This document shows, piece after piece, positions 39,472 to 49,322 of a stretch of 64,000 nucleotides of DNA. Source of the DNA: Bacilli bacterium (GTDB lineage: Bacteria > Bacillota_I > Bacilli_A > RF39 > UBA660); the NCBI GenBank assembly GCA_017964405.1, contig JAGCSA010000028.1:2282-66281 (forward strand). Direction: 5' to 3'. Each line of letters begins with the position of its first letter. Within the stretch, counting starts at the first letter, position 1. The position numbers were made by a program, and so were the translations under genes. Below the pieces are notes generated by a model. It saw only the letters and a program-made list of their open reading frames with translations, was not told the origin of the DNA and searched no databases.

Positions 39472-40019
39472 AGAAAGTATTTTCCTTACTCTGTATCGGA
39501 ATGATGCTAGTAACAATCACAACCATCATGAAAATCAGTACAGAAGAAGCAATCATTCACACGATTCCCATACAATATCCAGAAAAAATAGCGAAAACAA
39601 AAACAATCCAAGTAGAACAACCAATCGGAAGAATTATCATTCCTAAGATTCAAATCAATCAATCGTTATATGATATCAATAGTCCCAAAAACAACATAGA
39701 AGAAAACATAACTATTCTAAAAGAATCTACTTTTCCAGATCAAGAAAACAGTCTCTTATTCATTGCAGCTCATTCTGGAAATACAAAAGTAGCTTTCTTT
39801 CAAAATCTTGATCAATTACAAATAGGAGATGAGATTCAGATACTCTATCAAAATCAAGAATACGAGTACAACATCATTGATATCTACGAACAAGAAAAAA
39901 ATGGCTATATCAGTGGAATGAGGCAAAAAACAAAAAGACAACTCATCTTAACAACGTGTTGTCCCAATAAAGATAATTGTCAATTAATCATTAATAGTAT
40001 AGAAAAAGAGTCTCATTAA
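39465..40019 (+). CDS. Sortase family transpeptidase
   Basis: N-terminal anchor; LFIAAHSG His region; LILTTCCP (TLxTC active site). Confidence 0.65.
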   Translation: MLKKVFSLLCIGMMLVTITTIMKISTEEAIIHTIPIQYPEKIAKTKTIQVEQPIGRIIIPKIQINQSLYDINSPKNNIEENITILKESTFPDQENSLLFIAAHSGNTKVAFFQNLDQLQIGDEIQILYQNQEYEYNIIDIYEQEKNGYISGMRQKTKRQLILTTCCPNKDNCQLIINSIEKESH

Positions 40020-41266
40020 GACTCTTTTATTAATATTCTCTTTGCTTCTTCAAACTGTGTATCAAAAGCATTGGGTTCTACATAAAATTCAGGGCTCTGT
40101 TCTACAACAACATCGGGAACAACCCCTATTCCTGTTACACTCTTTCCTTTCGGAGACAACCATTTCTCAATCGTAAATTTCATACTAGAACCATTACTGA
40201 AAGAAACAGTCTTTTGAACATTTCCTTTTCCATAACTATTGGTTCCCACAATCGTTGCCTTTTTATGGTCTTGAAAACAAGCAGCAACGACTTCTGCCGA
40301 AGATGCAGTTTCTCCATTGATTAAAACAACCATTGGATAATCCAAAGTCTGATTATTGAGAGAATAAACCTTCTTCCTAACTCCATTACTCTCGATTTGA
40401 TAAAGAACGGTTTTTTTAGGGAAAAAGCGACTCAAAATATTCTTAGCTTGTACTAAATGTCCTCCCGGATTATTTCGAATATCTAATATCAAAGAATCCA
40501 TTCCTTCCTTTTCTAATCTCTTCAATACTTTCTCAAATTGAGTATAAAAATGACTTGTAAAAATAGAAATACGAATATAACCAATCTTATGATCATCTTC
40601 TTCAATAATTTGTCCTAGTACGGTTTCAGCCTCTATTTTTTGTCGTTCAACAGAAAGTGTTAACTCTTCTTCTCCTCTTTGAACAACAAGCTCTAAAGAA
40701 GACCCAACATCTCCTTCTACTAATTTCTGTAATTCACCCGAATATATTCCCTTACAACTATGTCCATCTATACTGATAACTAGATCATTGATTTGAACAC
40801 CTGCCTTCTTCGCAGGACCATTCTCTAAAACCGATATCACACGATTATACTCTCCATCAAATTCAACAGTAATACCAATTCCTACATATTCTCCATCAAC
40901 AGATTCATTAAAACTACTAGTAGAATCAGGATCTAAGAAAGAAGAATAAGGATCTTCTAAAGAAGAAACCATTCCCTTAATCGCAGATTCAGCCAATTGA
41001 CTCTCGTCAACCTCTTCATAATAGTTATCCACAATATTATTATAGGCACTGACAATTTCTCCTAAATTAGTATTAGAACGTACTCTACTTAAATTACTAT
41101 TACCATACGTAATCATATAACCAATAATCACACCAAAAATAACAGAAATAAGAATCATCACAATAACTTCAAATAAAGAGAATTGTGAATCATTTTCCAT
41201 TCCACTTAAAAAGAACTGTTTCTTTTTCTTGTTATTTTTCTTTTTCTTCTTTTTATTCATAAACAC
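40016..41266 (-). CDS. S41 C-terminal processing peptidase with PDZ domain
   Basis: VLINGETASSAEVVA serine motif; SYGKG; N-terminal TM. Confidence 0.85.
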   Translation of the reverse strand: MFMNKKKKKKNNKKKKQFFLSGMENDSQFSLFEVIVMILISVIFGVIIGYMITYGNSNLSRVRSNTNLGEIVSAYNNIVDNYYEEVDESQLAESAIKGMVSSLEDPYSSFLDPDSTSSFNESVDGEYVGIGITVEFDGEYNRVISVLENGPAKKAGVQINDLVISIDGHSCKGIYSGELQKLVEGDVGSSLELVVQRGEEELTLSVERQKIEAETVLGQIIEEDDHKIGYIRISIFTSHFYTQFEKVLKRLEKEGMDSLILDIRNNPGGHLVQAKNILSRFFPKKTVLYQIESNGVRKKVYSLNNQTLDYPMVVLINGETASSAEVVAACFQDHKKATIVGTNSYGKGNVQKTVSFSNGSSMKFTIEKWLSPKGKSVTGIGVVPDVVVEQSPEFYVEPNAFDTQFEEAKRILIKES

Positions 41267-41295
41267 CTCATAGCAAAAAAGACAAAGAATGTCTT

Positions 41296-41862
41296 TTATC
41301 CTAAATAGTTCGTAATATTCTCTTCTCCTTCAAGATATTGAAGAACTACTCCATCTTTAAAATGAATTAAAGTAGGACCACTTACTTTTAAATCTGATAC
41401 ACTTTGAGGAGACGTATTAGATTCCTCTGATACATATCCTTTATTTAAAGCACCACTCATATCAACCGTATAAATTGTAAGGTTCTCTCCCTTGGCACGA
41501 TAAGAAGATACAGCTGTACTATAAGTAGTTAAATAATCAGAATTACTCTTATCATAATAAAGAACTAAATACTCATTCTCAGGCATAGAAAAACTTCTAC
41601 CAGCCATAATCTCTGTATAAGAAATACTACTATCTGTTACCACATTTTTCGAATTATCTTTCTCTTTTCCAGTAATCATTACTGTAATAAAGTAGAAAAG
41701 ACAGAAAACAAGAATAATAATGATACAAACCCAAAAGATTCTCTTAAAGTTCCCATCAAATTCTCCTACAGAATCAATCATACTAGAATGTTCTTTTTCA
41801 ACCTCTTGTTTCTTCTTTCTTTTAGAGTTACCCTTTGTATTCTTTATACTTCTTTTATTAGA
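41296..41862 (-). CDS. Membrane-anchored protein, thioredoxin-like fold without CxxC
   Basis: Basic N-terminus, one TM, YLVLYYDKSN...PTLIHFKDGVV fold-like elements. Confidence 0.35.
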   Translation of the reverse strand, partial: SNKRSIKNTKGNSKRKKKQEVEKEHSSMIDSVGEFDGNFKRIFWVCIIIILVFCLFYFITVMITGKEKDNSKNVVTDSSISYTEIMAGRSFSMPENEYLVLYYDKSNSDYLTTYSTAVSSYRAKGENLTIYTVDMSGALNKGYVSEESNTSPQSVSDLKVSGPTLIHFKDGVVLQYLEGEENITNYLG

Positions 41863-41930
41863 CATAAACCTCACCAAAAATTATTATAACATACAAGAAA
41901 TAAAGAAGCAAAAAAAGAGAGCTAAGCTCT

Positions 41931-43304
41931 CTATTTTTTCTCTGTAATCACAATCTTAACCTTCTTAGTCTTAGAAGAATAAGCAAGTTTCAAGTCAGAT
42001 CCTGTAACAGTAACTTCTACTTCGTGAACACCTACTTTGTAGTTCTTCAAATCTACATAAGCTGTAATATCAGTATCTTTGATATTTTCAAGTGCCTCTT
42101 CACTACCACTGACAACAACGGTTACTTTCCGATCTTCTTCACTGCTAGCTTGAACAACAAGTCCATCAGCAAGATTACGATAAGATACAGCAATATCTTT
42201 AAATTCCTTCGTTGTAGCATTATCGATTGTTACTTTAACGGTCATAGTCTTAGAACTAATCTCTGTAATACCCTTAGGTTTTTTCAAAGTAACACTATAA
42301 TCTTTATCTTTCTCAAGACCCGTAACATCAATTTCAACATCTAATTGTTGGATCTCATCAATAGCAGCTTGTTCTCCATAAACAGTAACTTTCGTAACAC
42401 TAGGAGAAATCGTTTTAATCGATTTACCGAATGCTAAGTCTCCAATTGGTACAACACGAATTGGAATCTCTTTACTTGGAGAAGTAATTGTTACATTAGC
42501 AGCCACACTCTTAGGAACAATCTCAACATCAATAATCTTACCATCACTATCATAAGCAACTAATGGAATATCTTTTACATTGATATCTCCTGCTTTTGGA
42601 TTTGGAATATTATTAACATCTAATAAAGCTCTAACCGTAGCTACCTGCTCTAATTTATATTTAGCACCTTTAATAATAACTTCTGCACGATCTAATTCTA
42701 CATTACTAATGTATAATTTCGTATCTAATTTATCTTGATTTAGAATATCATAAGTAAGAGTACGATTCTCACTTTCCTTCTCATAAATCGTAACATTAAC
42801 AGTAGAAGGATCTAATTTATAATCCAAAGATCTTAATCTTTGATTATATTTTAAAGTAACCTTATGAGTACCAGGTTTTAATCCTGTTAAATCAACAGTA
42901 ACACCTTTAGATGGAGATTGTTTTGCTAAGAAGATATGTCTTCTTTGTCCAATTAAAGTAATATCTACTTTATCAGGAAGACCTTCTACTACATAACTCT
43001 CTTCATTATAAACAGCTGTAACCGTTTGATCATATAAGATTTCTGCATATTGATCAATCATAACATTTGATTCATTATCGATATATAAGAATACAATAAA
43101 TGCCAGAATCAAACTAATAACTAATAAAGTGGACTTTTTACCGGCAAGACGATCAATCCCTTTAGCCCAACCTTTTGATAGATCAATAATTTTTAAAATA
43201 ATACGCGTAATCGGAGTAATTAAAATCTTATCAAAGAACATTCCAATACGACGAAATAGTTTTCCAAAAAATCTACTTATCTTCTTCATATATCTCTTCC
43301 TCAT
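41931..43304 (-). CDS. cdaR: CdaR/YbbR-domain regulator of diadenylate cyclase
   Basis: N-terminal TM then repeated YbbR-like beta domains; immediately downstream of cdaA. Confidence 0.75.
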   Translation of the reverse strand: MRKRYMKKISRFFGKLFRRIGMFFDKILITPITRIILKIIDLSKGWAKGIDRLAGKKSTLLVISLILAFIVFLYIDNESNVMIDQYAEILYDQTVTAVYNEESYVVEGLPDKVDITLIGQRRHIFLAKQSPSKGVTVDLTGLKPGTHKVTLKYNQRLRSLDYKLDPSTVNVTIYEKESENRTLTYDILNQDKLDTKLYISNVELDRAEVIIKGAKYKLEQVATVRALLDVNNIPNPKAGDINVKDIPLVAYDSDGKIIDVEIVPKSVAANVTITSPSKEIPIRVVPIGDLAFGKSIKTISPSVTKVTVYGEQAAIDEIQQLDVEIDVTGLEKDKDYSVTLKKPKGITEISSKTMTVKVTIDNATTKEFKDIAVSYRNLADGLVVQASSEEDRKVTVVVSGSEEALENIKDTDITAYVDLKNYKVGVHEVEVTVTGSDLKLAYSSKTKKVKIVITEKK

Positions 43305-44109
43305 TTACTTCTTCGTCTTCATCGTATTCAATATCTTGTTTAGGTTTTAATTCATCAATTAACATCATACGGACATCATCTAATGTTAAGTTGTATAACA
43401 TCTCTCCTTTTAAAGCAATCGATACTCTTCCAGTCTCTTCAGAAACAACAATACAAATAGCATCCGTTTCTTCTGCTAATCCAAGAGCAGCTCTATGTCT
43501 CGTTCCTAAACGTCTATTTAATTTAGGACTATTACTCGTTGGGAAAACAGCTCCCGCACAAGTAATACGATCACCTTGAATAATAACACCACCATCATGT
43601 AATGGATTTCCTTCATAGAAGATAGCAATCAATAAATCACTCGATAAATCAGCATATAACTTTTTCGCTTTATCAATATAATTTCCTAAACTGACATCTC
43701 TCTCAATAACAATTAAAGCACCAATTCTCTCTTTACGAAGATAATCAATCGCATTAATCATTTCATAAACTAAATGCTCTCTCTCATCTACTGTTAAAAC
43801 CTTATGTCTTCCTAGTAATTGATTTCTTCCTAATTGTTCCAAGATAGTACGAATCTCCGGTTGGAAGATAACAATCAAAGCAATAGGTCCCCATTGAATA
43901 ATATAATCTAGTAAATATCCAACGGTAATAAAATGAGCCCATCCACTAATAATCTTTAAAATAACAATAAATATTAATCCCTTAAAGATTAAAGATAATT
44001 TAACATTATTCTTAATATTCTTTAAGATAAAATAAAAGATTAACCATACTAACGTAATATCCGCAATCTTACGAAGTACAGTAAGTACATCTGTTAACGT
44101 AATAAACAT
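43273..44109 (-). CDS. cdaA: Diadenylate cyclase CdaA (DAC domain)
   Basis: Three N-terminal TMs; DAC motifs DGAVI-like (HDGGVIIQGDRI) and RHRAALGLAEETDA. Confidence 0.85.
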   Translation of the reverse strand: MFITLTDVLTVLRKIADITLVWLIFYFILKNIKNNVKLSLIFKGLIFIVILKIISGWAHFITVGYLLDYIIQWGPIALIVIFQPEIRTILEQLGRNQLLGRHKVLTVDEREHLVYEMINAIDYLRKERIGALIVIERDVSLGNYIDKAKKLYADLSSDLLIAIFYEGNPLHDGGVIIQGDRITCAGAVFPTSNSPKLNRRLGTRHRAALGLAEETDAICIVVSEETGRVSIALKGEMLYNLTLDDVRMMLIDELKPKQDIEYDEDEEVNEEEIYEEDK

Positions 44110-44233
44110 CGCGTCATCTCCTTATCCAGCACAAAGTCAAAAAAATAAGATTTCTTATTTTAAAACCCCATACCTATTAATATGATATCATTTTCTCCAT
44201 CATTTATCAACCAACAGAAAGAAAAAAGAGCAA

Positions 44234-46516
44234 TTAATTTTTCTTAAATGCTCTTCTAGTTCTCTCTTCTTTTGTTTTAATTTTAACAGCCTGATTAATC
44301 GCATCGGAATCTCGAAATTGAGTCTCATGGATTTTTTCAATAACCGTTAAATCCACTTTCTTTGTTTCCTTAGAGGCACTTTTTACACATAATCGCAAAC
44401 GATCTCCAAGATAATAGTTTTGTTCCCCATCTAAAGAAACCAAAGAATAACTTTCTTCACTATAAACATAATCTCCCTTTAAATCCCATACACGTACAGT
44501 AGCTTCTGCTAGGTTATCAAATTGTACAACCATACATTCATTGGAAAGACCGATAACCGTTGCTTCACACTCTTCTCCAATATGATGAGACATCATATCA
44601 GCAAACTGCATACGGAATACTTCTTGCTCTAAATCATCTGCCACTTTTTCCGTATGAGTCACTCTCTCTGCAATCTCAGGAAGTCTAGAAATCCATTTTT
44701 TTCTTTGAACCAATCCTGGATCTGGTCGAAAGACACAGTCCCAAGAAATATCCTGATTAATTTTATCACCATATCTTCTAGCTGGAGATGTTCCCTGCAT
44801 GTATTCATCTTCTGCCAATCCATTATGTCCCACATTCACTTCACTATATTTGGCACGTGATTGTGTCTTGATTAATTCTGTTAATAAGAAACTTGATAAT
44901 CTTCCACAATTAGAAACATGAGAAATAAGTTTTTGGAAAGCAGCATGATTGGATGCTAATTCTTCTGCATCATATCCATGAAAAGGAAGACCAATGGCAT
45001 CCAACATTTCTAAATACTTCTTTAATTTATCAACATTTGGTGCTTCATGAACACGATAAAGACATGGAATACCATGTTTCTGAAAGAATTTAGCTCTGGT
45101 AACATTAGCAATTAACATAAATTCTTCAATAATGTTTTCCGCAACATCTTGTGTACGAACACCAATATCTAACATATGACCATTCGGTCCATAAATACCA
45201 CTCGGTTCAGGTCGATTAAATTCATAAGCTCCGGCAGCCATTCTCTTATCATGCAGAATTTTAGCCAAATCTCTCATAACCTGTAGTGTTTGTTCATAAG
45301 ATTGATATTCTGTAGGAATATCTCCCCCTTTTAAGATTTGATTCACGGTATCATAATTCATTTTTAATTTAGAACGAGTAACAGTAGGAACATAACGGTA
45401 ATTTACTACTTTTCCTTCTGGAGTAATCTCTAAAATATCTGATATTGTCAAACGATCTTTATCTTGATTTAAAGAACCAATTTGATTGGCAATTTTACGA
45501 GGATAATTAGGAAGTACAATTCCACCAGGATAATAACTATTACCTTTACGGAATCCATCTCGATCAAGAGGAGATCCATAAGGAACTAAAGAACTAATAT
45601 CAATAATATCTACTTCTAAAACATAGTTTCCTCTTTCATTCTTATAACAACTAATGGCATCATCCATATCTTTTGTCGTAATACCATCTAAAGTAATCGT
45701 TTCATTTTGGGTACGATCTTCTCTTCCAATACGATCAACATCTCTTACTTCATCGATAATATGCTCTAGTTGTTCTAAAGATTCATTACTAAATTCATTA
45801 TCTACCCCTAATTTAAATGCTTCCCATAGAATATCTTCATTGGGATCATCTTTATGGTTAAATACTCTTACAATAGAAGCCGTATAAAAATTGGGAGCTG
45901 TTTGTTCCTCTAAAGAAACAGCAACTCTTTGTCCCTCAATCGCTTCCCCTTTTAAAGCAATGGTAATGGATTGTTTTTTCTTATCAATAGGACGTACAAA
46001 ATAACTAGAACCAATACAATAAACTTCTCCTGGAATATATTCTAGATTTCGATCTAAGACCTTAACAACCTTAATACCCTGAGTACCACCAATATCAATT
46101 AATACAAAATCTCCATCAATAGCACCATTCGTATTTTCTTTATGAACTTCATACTTTTCATTATTAACAACTAATTGACCATCCCGATCTACATAAGAGG
46201 TTGTAACAGATACTTTTCCACGACCATCTCGATTTCCATAAAATCTACCTTTTCGAAAAGAAGTTTTGGAAAAAGCAATATAATTCTCATTCGGAGTCAT
46301 ATAGATCTCATATTGAGTTACCCCTTCTCGAATCAGTTCCAATAATTCTTTCTTTTCTTCTGCCGTTAAAATAACATCGCTATGCAATTCTTCTGATTTC
46401 AACTTTTCAATTCTAGAAACAATTTTTTCAAAAGAAGCAGCCTTCTTTTCCTTTTTTAATGCTAGTTCTAGATAATGTTTCATTCCACTCATCCCCCAAT
46501 ACGTATACCTTAACAC
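44234..46516 (-). CDS. RNB-domain exoribonuclease (RNase II/R family paralog)
   Basis: ITLDGITTKDMDDAIS RNB motif; cold-shock/S1-like flanks. Confidence 0.75.
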   Translation of the reverse strand: MLRYTYWGMSGMKHYLELALKKEKKAASFEKIVSRIEKLKSEELHSDVILTAEEKKELLELIREGVTQYEIYMTPNENYIAFSKTSFRKGRFYGNRDGRGKVSVTTSYVDRDGQLVVNNEKYEVHKENTNGAIDGDFVLIDIGGTQGIKVVKVLDRNLEYIPGEVYCIGSSYFVRPIDKKKQSITIALKGEAIEGQRVAVSLEEQTAPNFYTASIVRVFNHKDDPNEDILWEAFKLGVDNEFSNESLEQLEHIIDEVRDVDRIGREDRTQNETITLDGITTKDMDDAISCYKNERGNYVLEVDIIDISSLVPYGSPLDRDGFRKGNSYYPGGIVLPNYPRKIANQIGSLNQDKDRLTISDILEITPEGKVVNYRYVPTVTRSKLKMNYDTVNQILKGGDIPTEYQSYEQTLQVMRDLAKILHDKRMAAGAYEFNRPEPSGIYGPNGHMLDIGVRTQDVAENIIEEFMLIANVTRAKFFQKHGIPCLYRVHEAPNVDKLKKYLEMLDAIGLPFHGYDAEELASNHAAFQKLISHVSNCGRLSSFLLTELIKTQSRAKYSEVNVGHNGLAEDEYMQGTSPARRYGDKINQDISWDCVFRPDPGLVQRKKWISRLPEIAERVTHTEKVADDLEQEVFRMQFADMMSHHIGEECEATVIGLSNECMVVQFDNLAEATVRVWDLKGDYVYSEESYSLVSLDGEQNYYLGDRLRLCVKSASKETKKVDLTVIEKIHETQFRDSDAINQAVKIKTKEERTRRAFKKN

Positions 46517-46551
46517 AAAATAGAATAAAAAAAAAGAGCAATTTGCTTGCT

Positions 46552-47571
46552 CTAAGAAATTCTTCTAACGGTAAGAATATGTGTACCAGATCCATTTAAC
46601 CAATAATTAACATCACTGACGATAACACCGGTACCATAATTAGCTGCATGAATCATCTGTCCATTACCAACATATAAAGCAGAATGGGTCGGATTTCCAT
46701 CCGAATAACCCCATATCAGAATATCTCCTGGTTGAGCCTCTGCATAGCTAACTCCATATCCTACATATTGTTGAGAATAAGAACTTCTACTAATAGAAAT
46801 GCCCATACAAGAATAGACATAAGATACAAATCCACTACAATCAAATCCATATGGACCTGCAGAATTCGCCATATATGGCATTCCAAGTAACGAATAAGCA
46901 ATGGAAACAACATCATTTCCTTGTGGATTCGCTGGGGCTCCATAATGAACAGGATAATAGACAGGAACTGGTTTTTCCTCTACTTCTAACTGATACGTTA
47001 AAGTAGCTTTATTACCAGAACCATCAACAGCTGTAATCGTAATTTGATGAGTTCCAACACTACTAATATCTCCATCAGAAGATAATGCATAGTATTTCAA
47101 ACTATCAGCAGGAGCATTTTCCAAAAACTCCAAATCCCCATCAATCGCATCATTAACAGATGCAATATTCTCTTTGAGATCATAGTCATCTCCCTCTGTA
47201 ATGGATACAGATTCATTCTTTAAAGAAATAATAGGAGATACCGTATCTACAACCGATATCACAACGGGTACATCTTTCACCATATTATCTTTTTTAACTT
47301 CTAGAATAACCTCTTGTGGTCCAAGAACACTGGTATCAAGATCCTGTTTTACAGAAACGATTTCACCATCAACCTCTTTTATCAATTTTTTGATATCATA
47401 ATTAGCAGTACCATATTCAACAGATGCAGTCTTTTTCACAACGACCTTAATACTTTGAAAAGTAGTGTAATTACGATATGCACAACAACTGATTATCATT
47501 ACGAATGATAACACCAACAATAAGAAGACGCGAATAACCTTCTTTATCGACGGTCTATCAAGACTTTTCAT
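46552..47571 (-). CDS. Membrane-anchored NlpC/P60 (C40) cell-wall endopeptidase with Ig-like domains
   Basis: YGFDCSGFVSYVY...HSALYVGNG...H catalytic triad region. Confidence 0.8.
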   Translation of the reverse strand: MKSLDRPSIKKVIRVFLLLVLSFVMIISCCAYRNYTTFQSIKVVVKKTASVEYGTANYDIKKLIKEVDGEIVSVKQDLDTSVLGPQEVILEVKKDNMVKDVPVVISVVDTVSPIISLKNESVSITEGDDYDLKENIASVNDAIDGDLEFLENAPADSLKYYALSSDGDISSVGTHQITITAVDGSGNKATLTYQLEVEEKPVPVYYPVHYGAPANPQGNDVVSIAYSLLGMPYMANSAGPYGFDCSGFVSYVYSCMGISISRSSYSQQYVGYGVSYAEAQPGDILIWGYSDGNPTHSALYVGNGQMIHAANYGTGVIVSDVNYWLNGSGTHILTVRRIS

Positions 47572-47744
47572 AAATAAAATCCTCCCTGATAAGTGATTAT
47601 TCTAACATAGGGAAAAATAGAAGTCAAAGAAGAAACCTATAAGAATATCTTATATTGTCTGGAAAGAAAGCAATAGCAACAAAAAAAGATGATTATAAAA
47701 ATCATCATTTTTTTAAATCTCATATACAAGTAATCTTATAAAAC

Positions 47745-48128
47745 TTAGCTGATATAATTGAAGTTTGTTCCAACACCAGTACCACCACTAGAAGGAGCAG
47801 CACTTGCAGTTGAACCAGATCCAAGACTTTCAGCAGCAGCTCTTAAAGCAGCTTCCTCTTCATCATATGCACTACAAATATTAGCAATACTACTAATAAA
47901 ATTTGCATGTGTTGAACCAAAATCAGTAAACATTTGATCTACTGTTTCGAAAGCAGCAAAATAAGTATCAGCTCCGGAACTAATCCAAGAACCTTTAAGA
48001 GTTGCAGCTTCATTACGAATCTGTGTAAATAGAGAATCTACTTCCGCATAAATATTGTTTATTTCTGTAGCTACTTGACCAACTGAATCTGTTTCTACAT
48101 CAATATTATTATCACCAATAAATGTCAT
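47745..48128 (-). CDS. ESAT-6/WXG100-like small protein
   Basis: 127 aa helical; LKGSWISSGADTYFAAFE turn; Ser/Gly-rich tail. Confidence 0.5.
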   Translation of the reverse strand: MTFIGDNNIDVETDSVGQVATEINNIYAEVDSLFTQIRNEAATLKGSWISSGADTYFAAFETVDQMFTDFGSTHANFISSIANICSAYDEEEAALRAAAESLGSGSTASAAPSSGGTGVGTNFNYIS

Positions 48129-48142
48129 CCGAAATCACTTCC

Positions 48143-48433
48143 CTATACCATTTTAGATAAAGCATCACTTAAAGCTTTATCAAATCCAGATGCTCTATCA
48201 CTTACAAATTTAGCATGTTTCTCTAATTCTGTATTGATTTTCTTTGCATCTGCACTAAAAGAATTATACTTTGTAACTAATGCTTGTCCAGCTTTATCTT
48301 TCCAAGAAGATGTTACTGAACTCATCTTAGTATCCATTTCAACAATTTTAGGTCCAAGTTCTCCAACTAAGCTCGTAATCTTAGCAGCATAACCAGCTGC
48401 CGCAGCAGTATCTACTTGTAAAGAAGAACCCAT
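48143..48433 (-). CDS. ESAT-6/WXG100-like small protein
   Basis: 96 aa; SSWKDKAGQA turn. Confidence 0.5.
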   Translation of the reverse strand: MGSSLQVDTAAAAGYAAKITSLVGELGPKIVEMDTKMSSVTSSWKDKAGQALVTKYNSFSADAKKINTELEKHAKFVSDRASGFDKALSDALSKMV

Positions 48434-48499
48434 ATAATCACTTCCTATACTTAGCTTAATTTAAAAAGAGCACATTGAATAATGTGCTGATTTTTTATA

Positions 48500-48892
48500 T
48501 TACATTACAGCTGCTGAGCTAACACCTGCACCAGTGCCACCGCCGCCACCAACTGATCCTACAGAAGATGGGCTGTGAGCTTGAATTACTCTTAGTAATT
48601 CTGCTTCCTCAGCATCGTATTCATTAGCAACTTTAGATAAAGCAGCAGCTAAATCTGTTAATGAAGCAGATACTGTATTGAATGCAGTCTTGTCAATTTC
48701 AACAAGATTAGTCTTTAAAGCACCACCAACAGCAGTACCTTCTCCACCACATGCAGCTACAGCATCATTACCAGCTTTGTTAACTGTATCAATTACTTGA
48801 CTAATTGTATTTAACTCAGTCGTTATAGTGGTAGCAGCGTCTACCAACGTACTGGTTTCTACATCAATTGCATTGTCTCCAACGAATGCCAT
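48500..48892 (-). CDS. ESAT-6-like small protein, paralog of 47745-48128
   Basis: Shares MxF(V/I)GDNxIDVET N-terminus and YDAEEAxLR motif with 47745-48128; Gly-rich tail. Confidence 0.5.
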   Translation of the reverse strand: MAFVGDNAIDVETSTLVDAATTITTELNTISQVIDTVNKAGNDAVAACGGEGTAVGGALKTNLVEIDKTAFNTVSASLTDLAAALSKVANEYDAEEAELLRVIQAHSPSSVGSVGGGGGTGAGVSSAAVM

Positions 48893-48930
48893 TAAAAATC
48901 ACTCCTTTATAATTATTATTTCTTTTTTTA

Positions 48931-49224
48931 TTAGTATAATTTTTGAACGTTCGTTCTTACTGTTTGTTGAGTAGCAGCAGCTTTAGATGCCATCTCATTT
49001 AATAGTTTTCTGTTAAGAGCTAAATTTGTTTCAATCTTCTCAAATTCAGTATTAGCAGCAGTAGCAACTTCCGTCCAATCAGAACCACCTTTATCGTTCC
49101 ATAGAGGGGAATCCATAGCAGTTTTAATTTTTGCTCTTGATGTAGCATAAGTAGTACATGCTGAATTGTATGTACCAGCTGCAGCAATCAATCCACTATT
49201 ATCAATTTGGAAAGCCATATCTAT
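48931..49224 (-). CDS. WXG100 (ESAT-6-like) family protein
   Basis: About 97 aa from MAFQIDNSGLIAAAG; PLWNDKGGSDW turn; resembles 20123-20410. Confidence 0.55.
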   Translation of the reverse strand: MDMAFQIDNSGLIAAAGTYNSACTTYATSRAKIKTAMDSPLWNDKGGSDWTEVATAANTEFEKIETNLALNRKLLNEMASKAAATQQTVRTNVQKLY

Positions 49225-49322
49225 CATACCTCCTATTCTCATTATAGCATAACAATCCATTTTGTCAAAAATAATCTACATTATTTTCAGCCTTACTTTA
49301 CACCGAACTGTCCCTTATTTTT

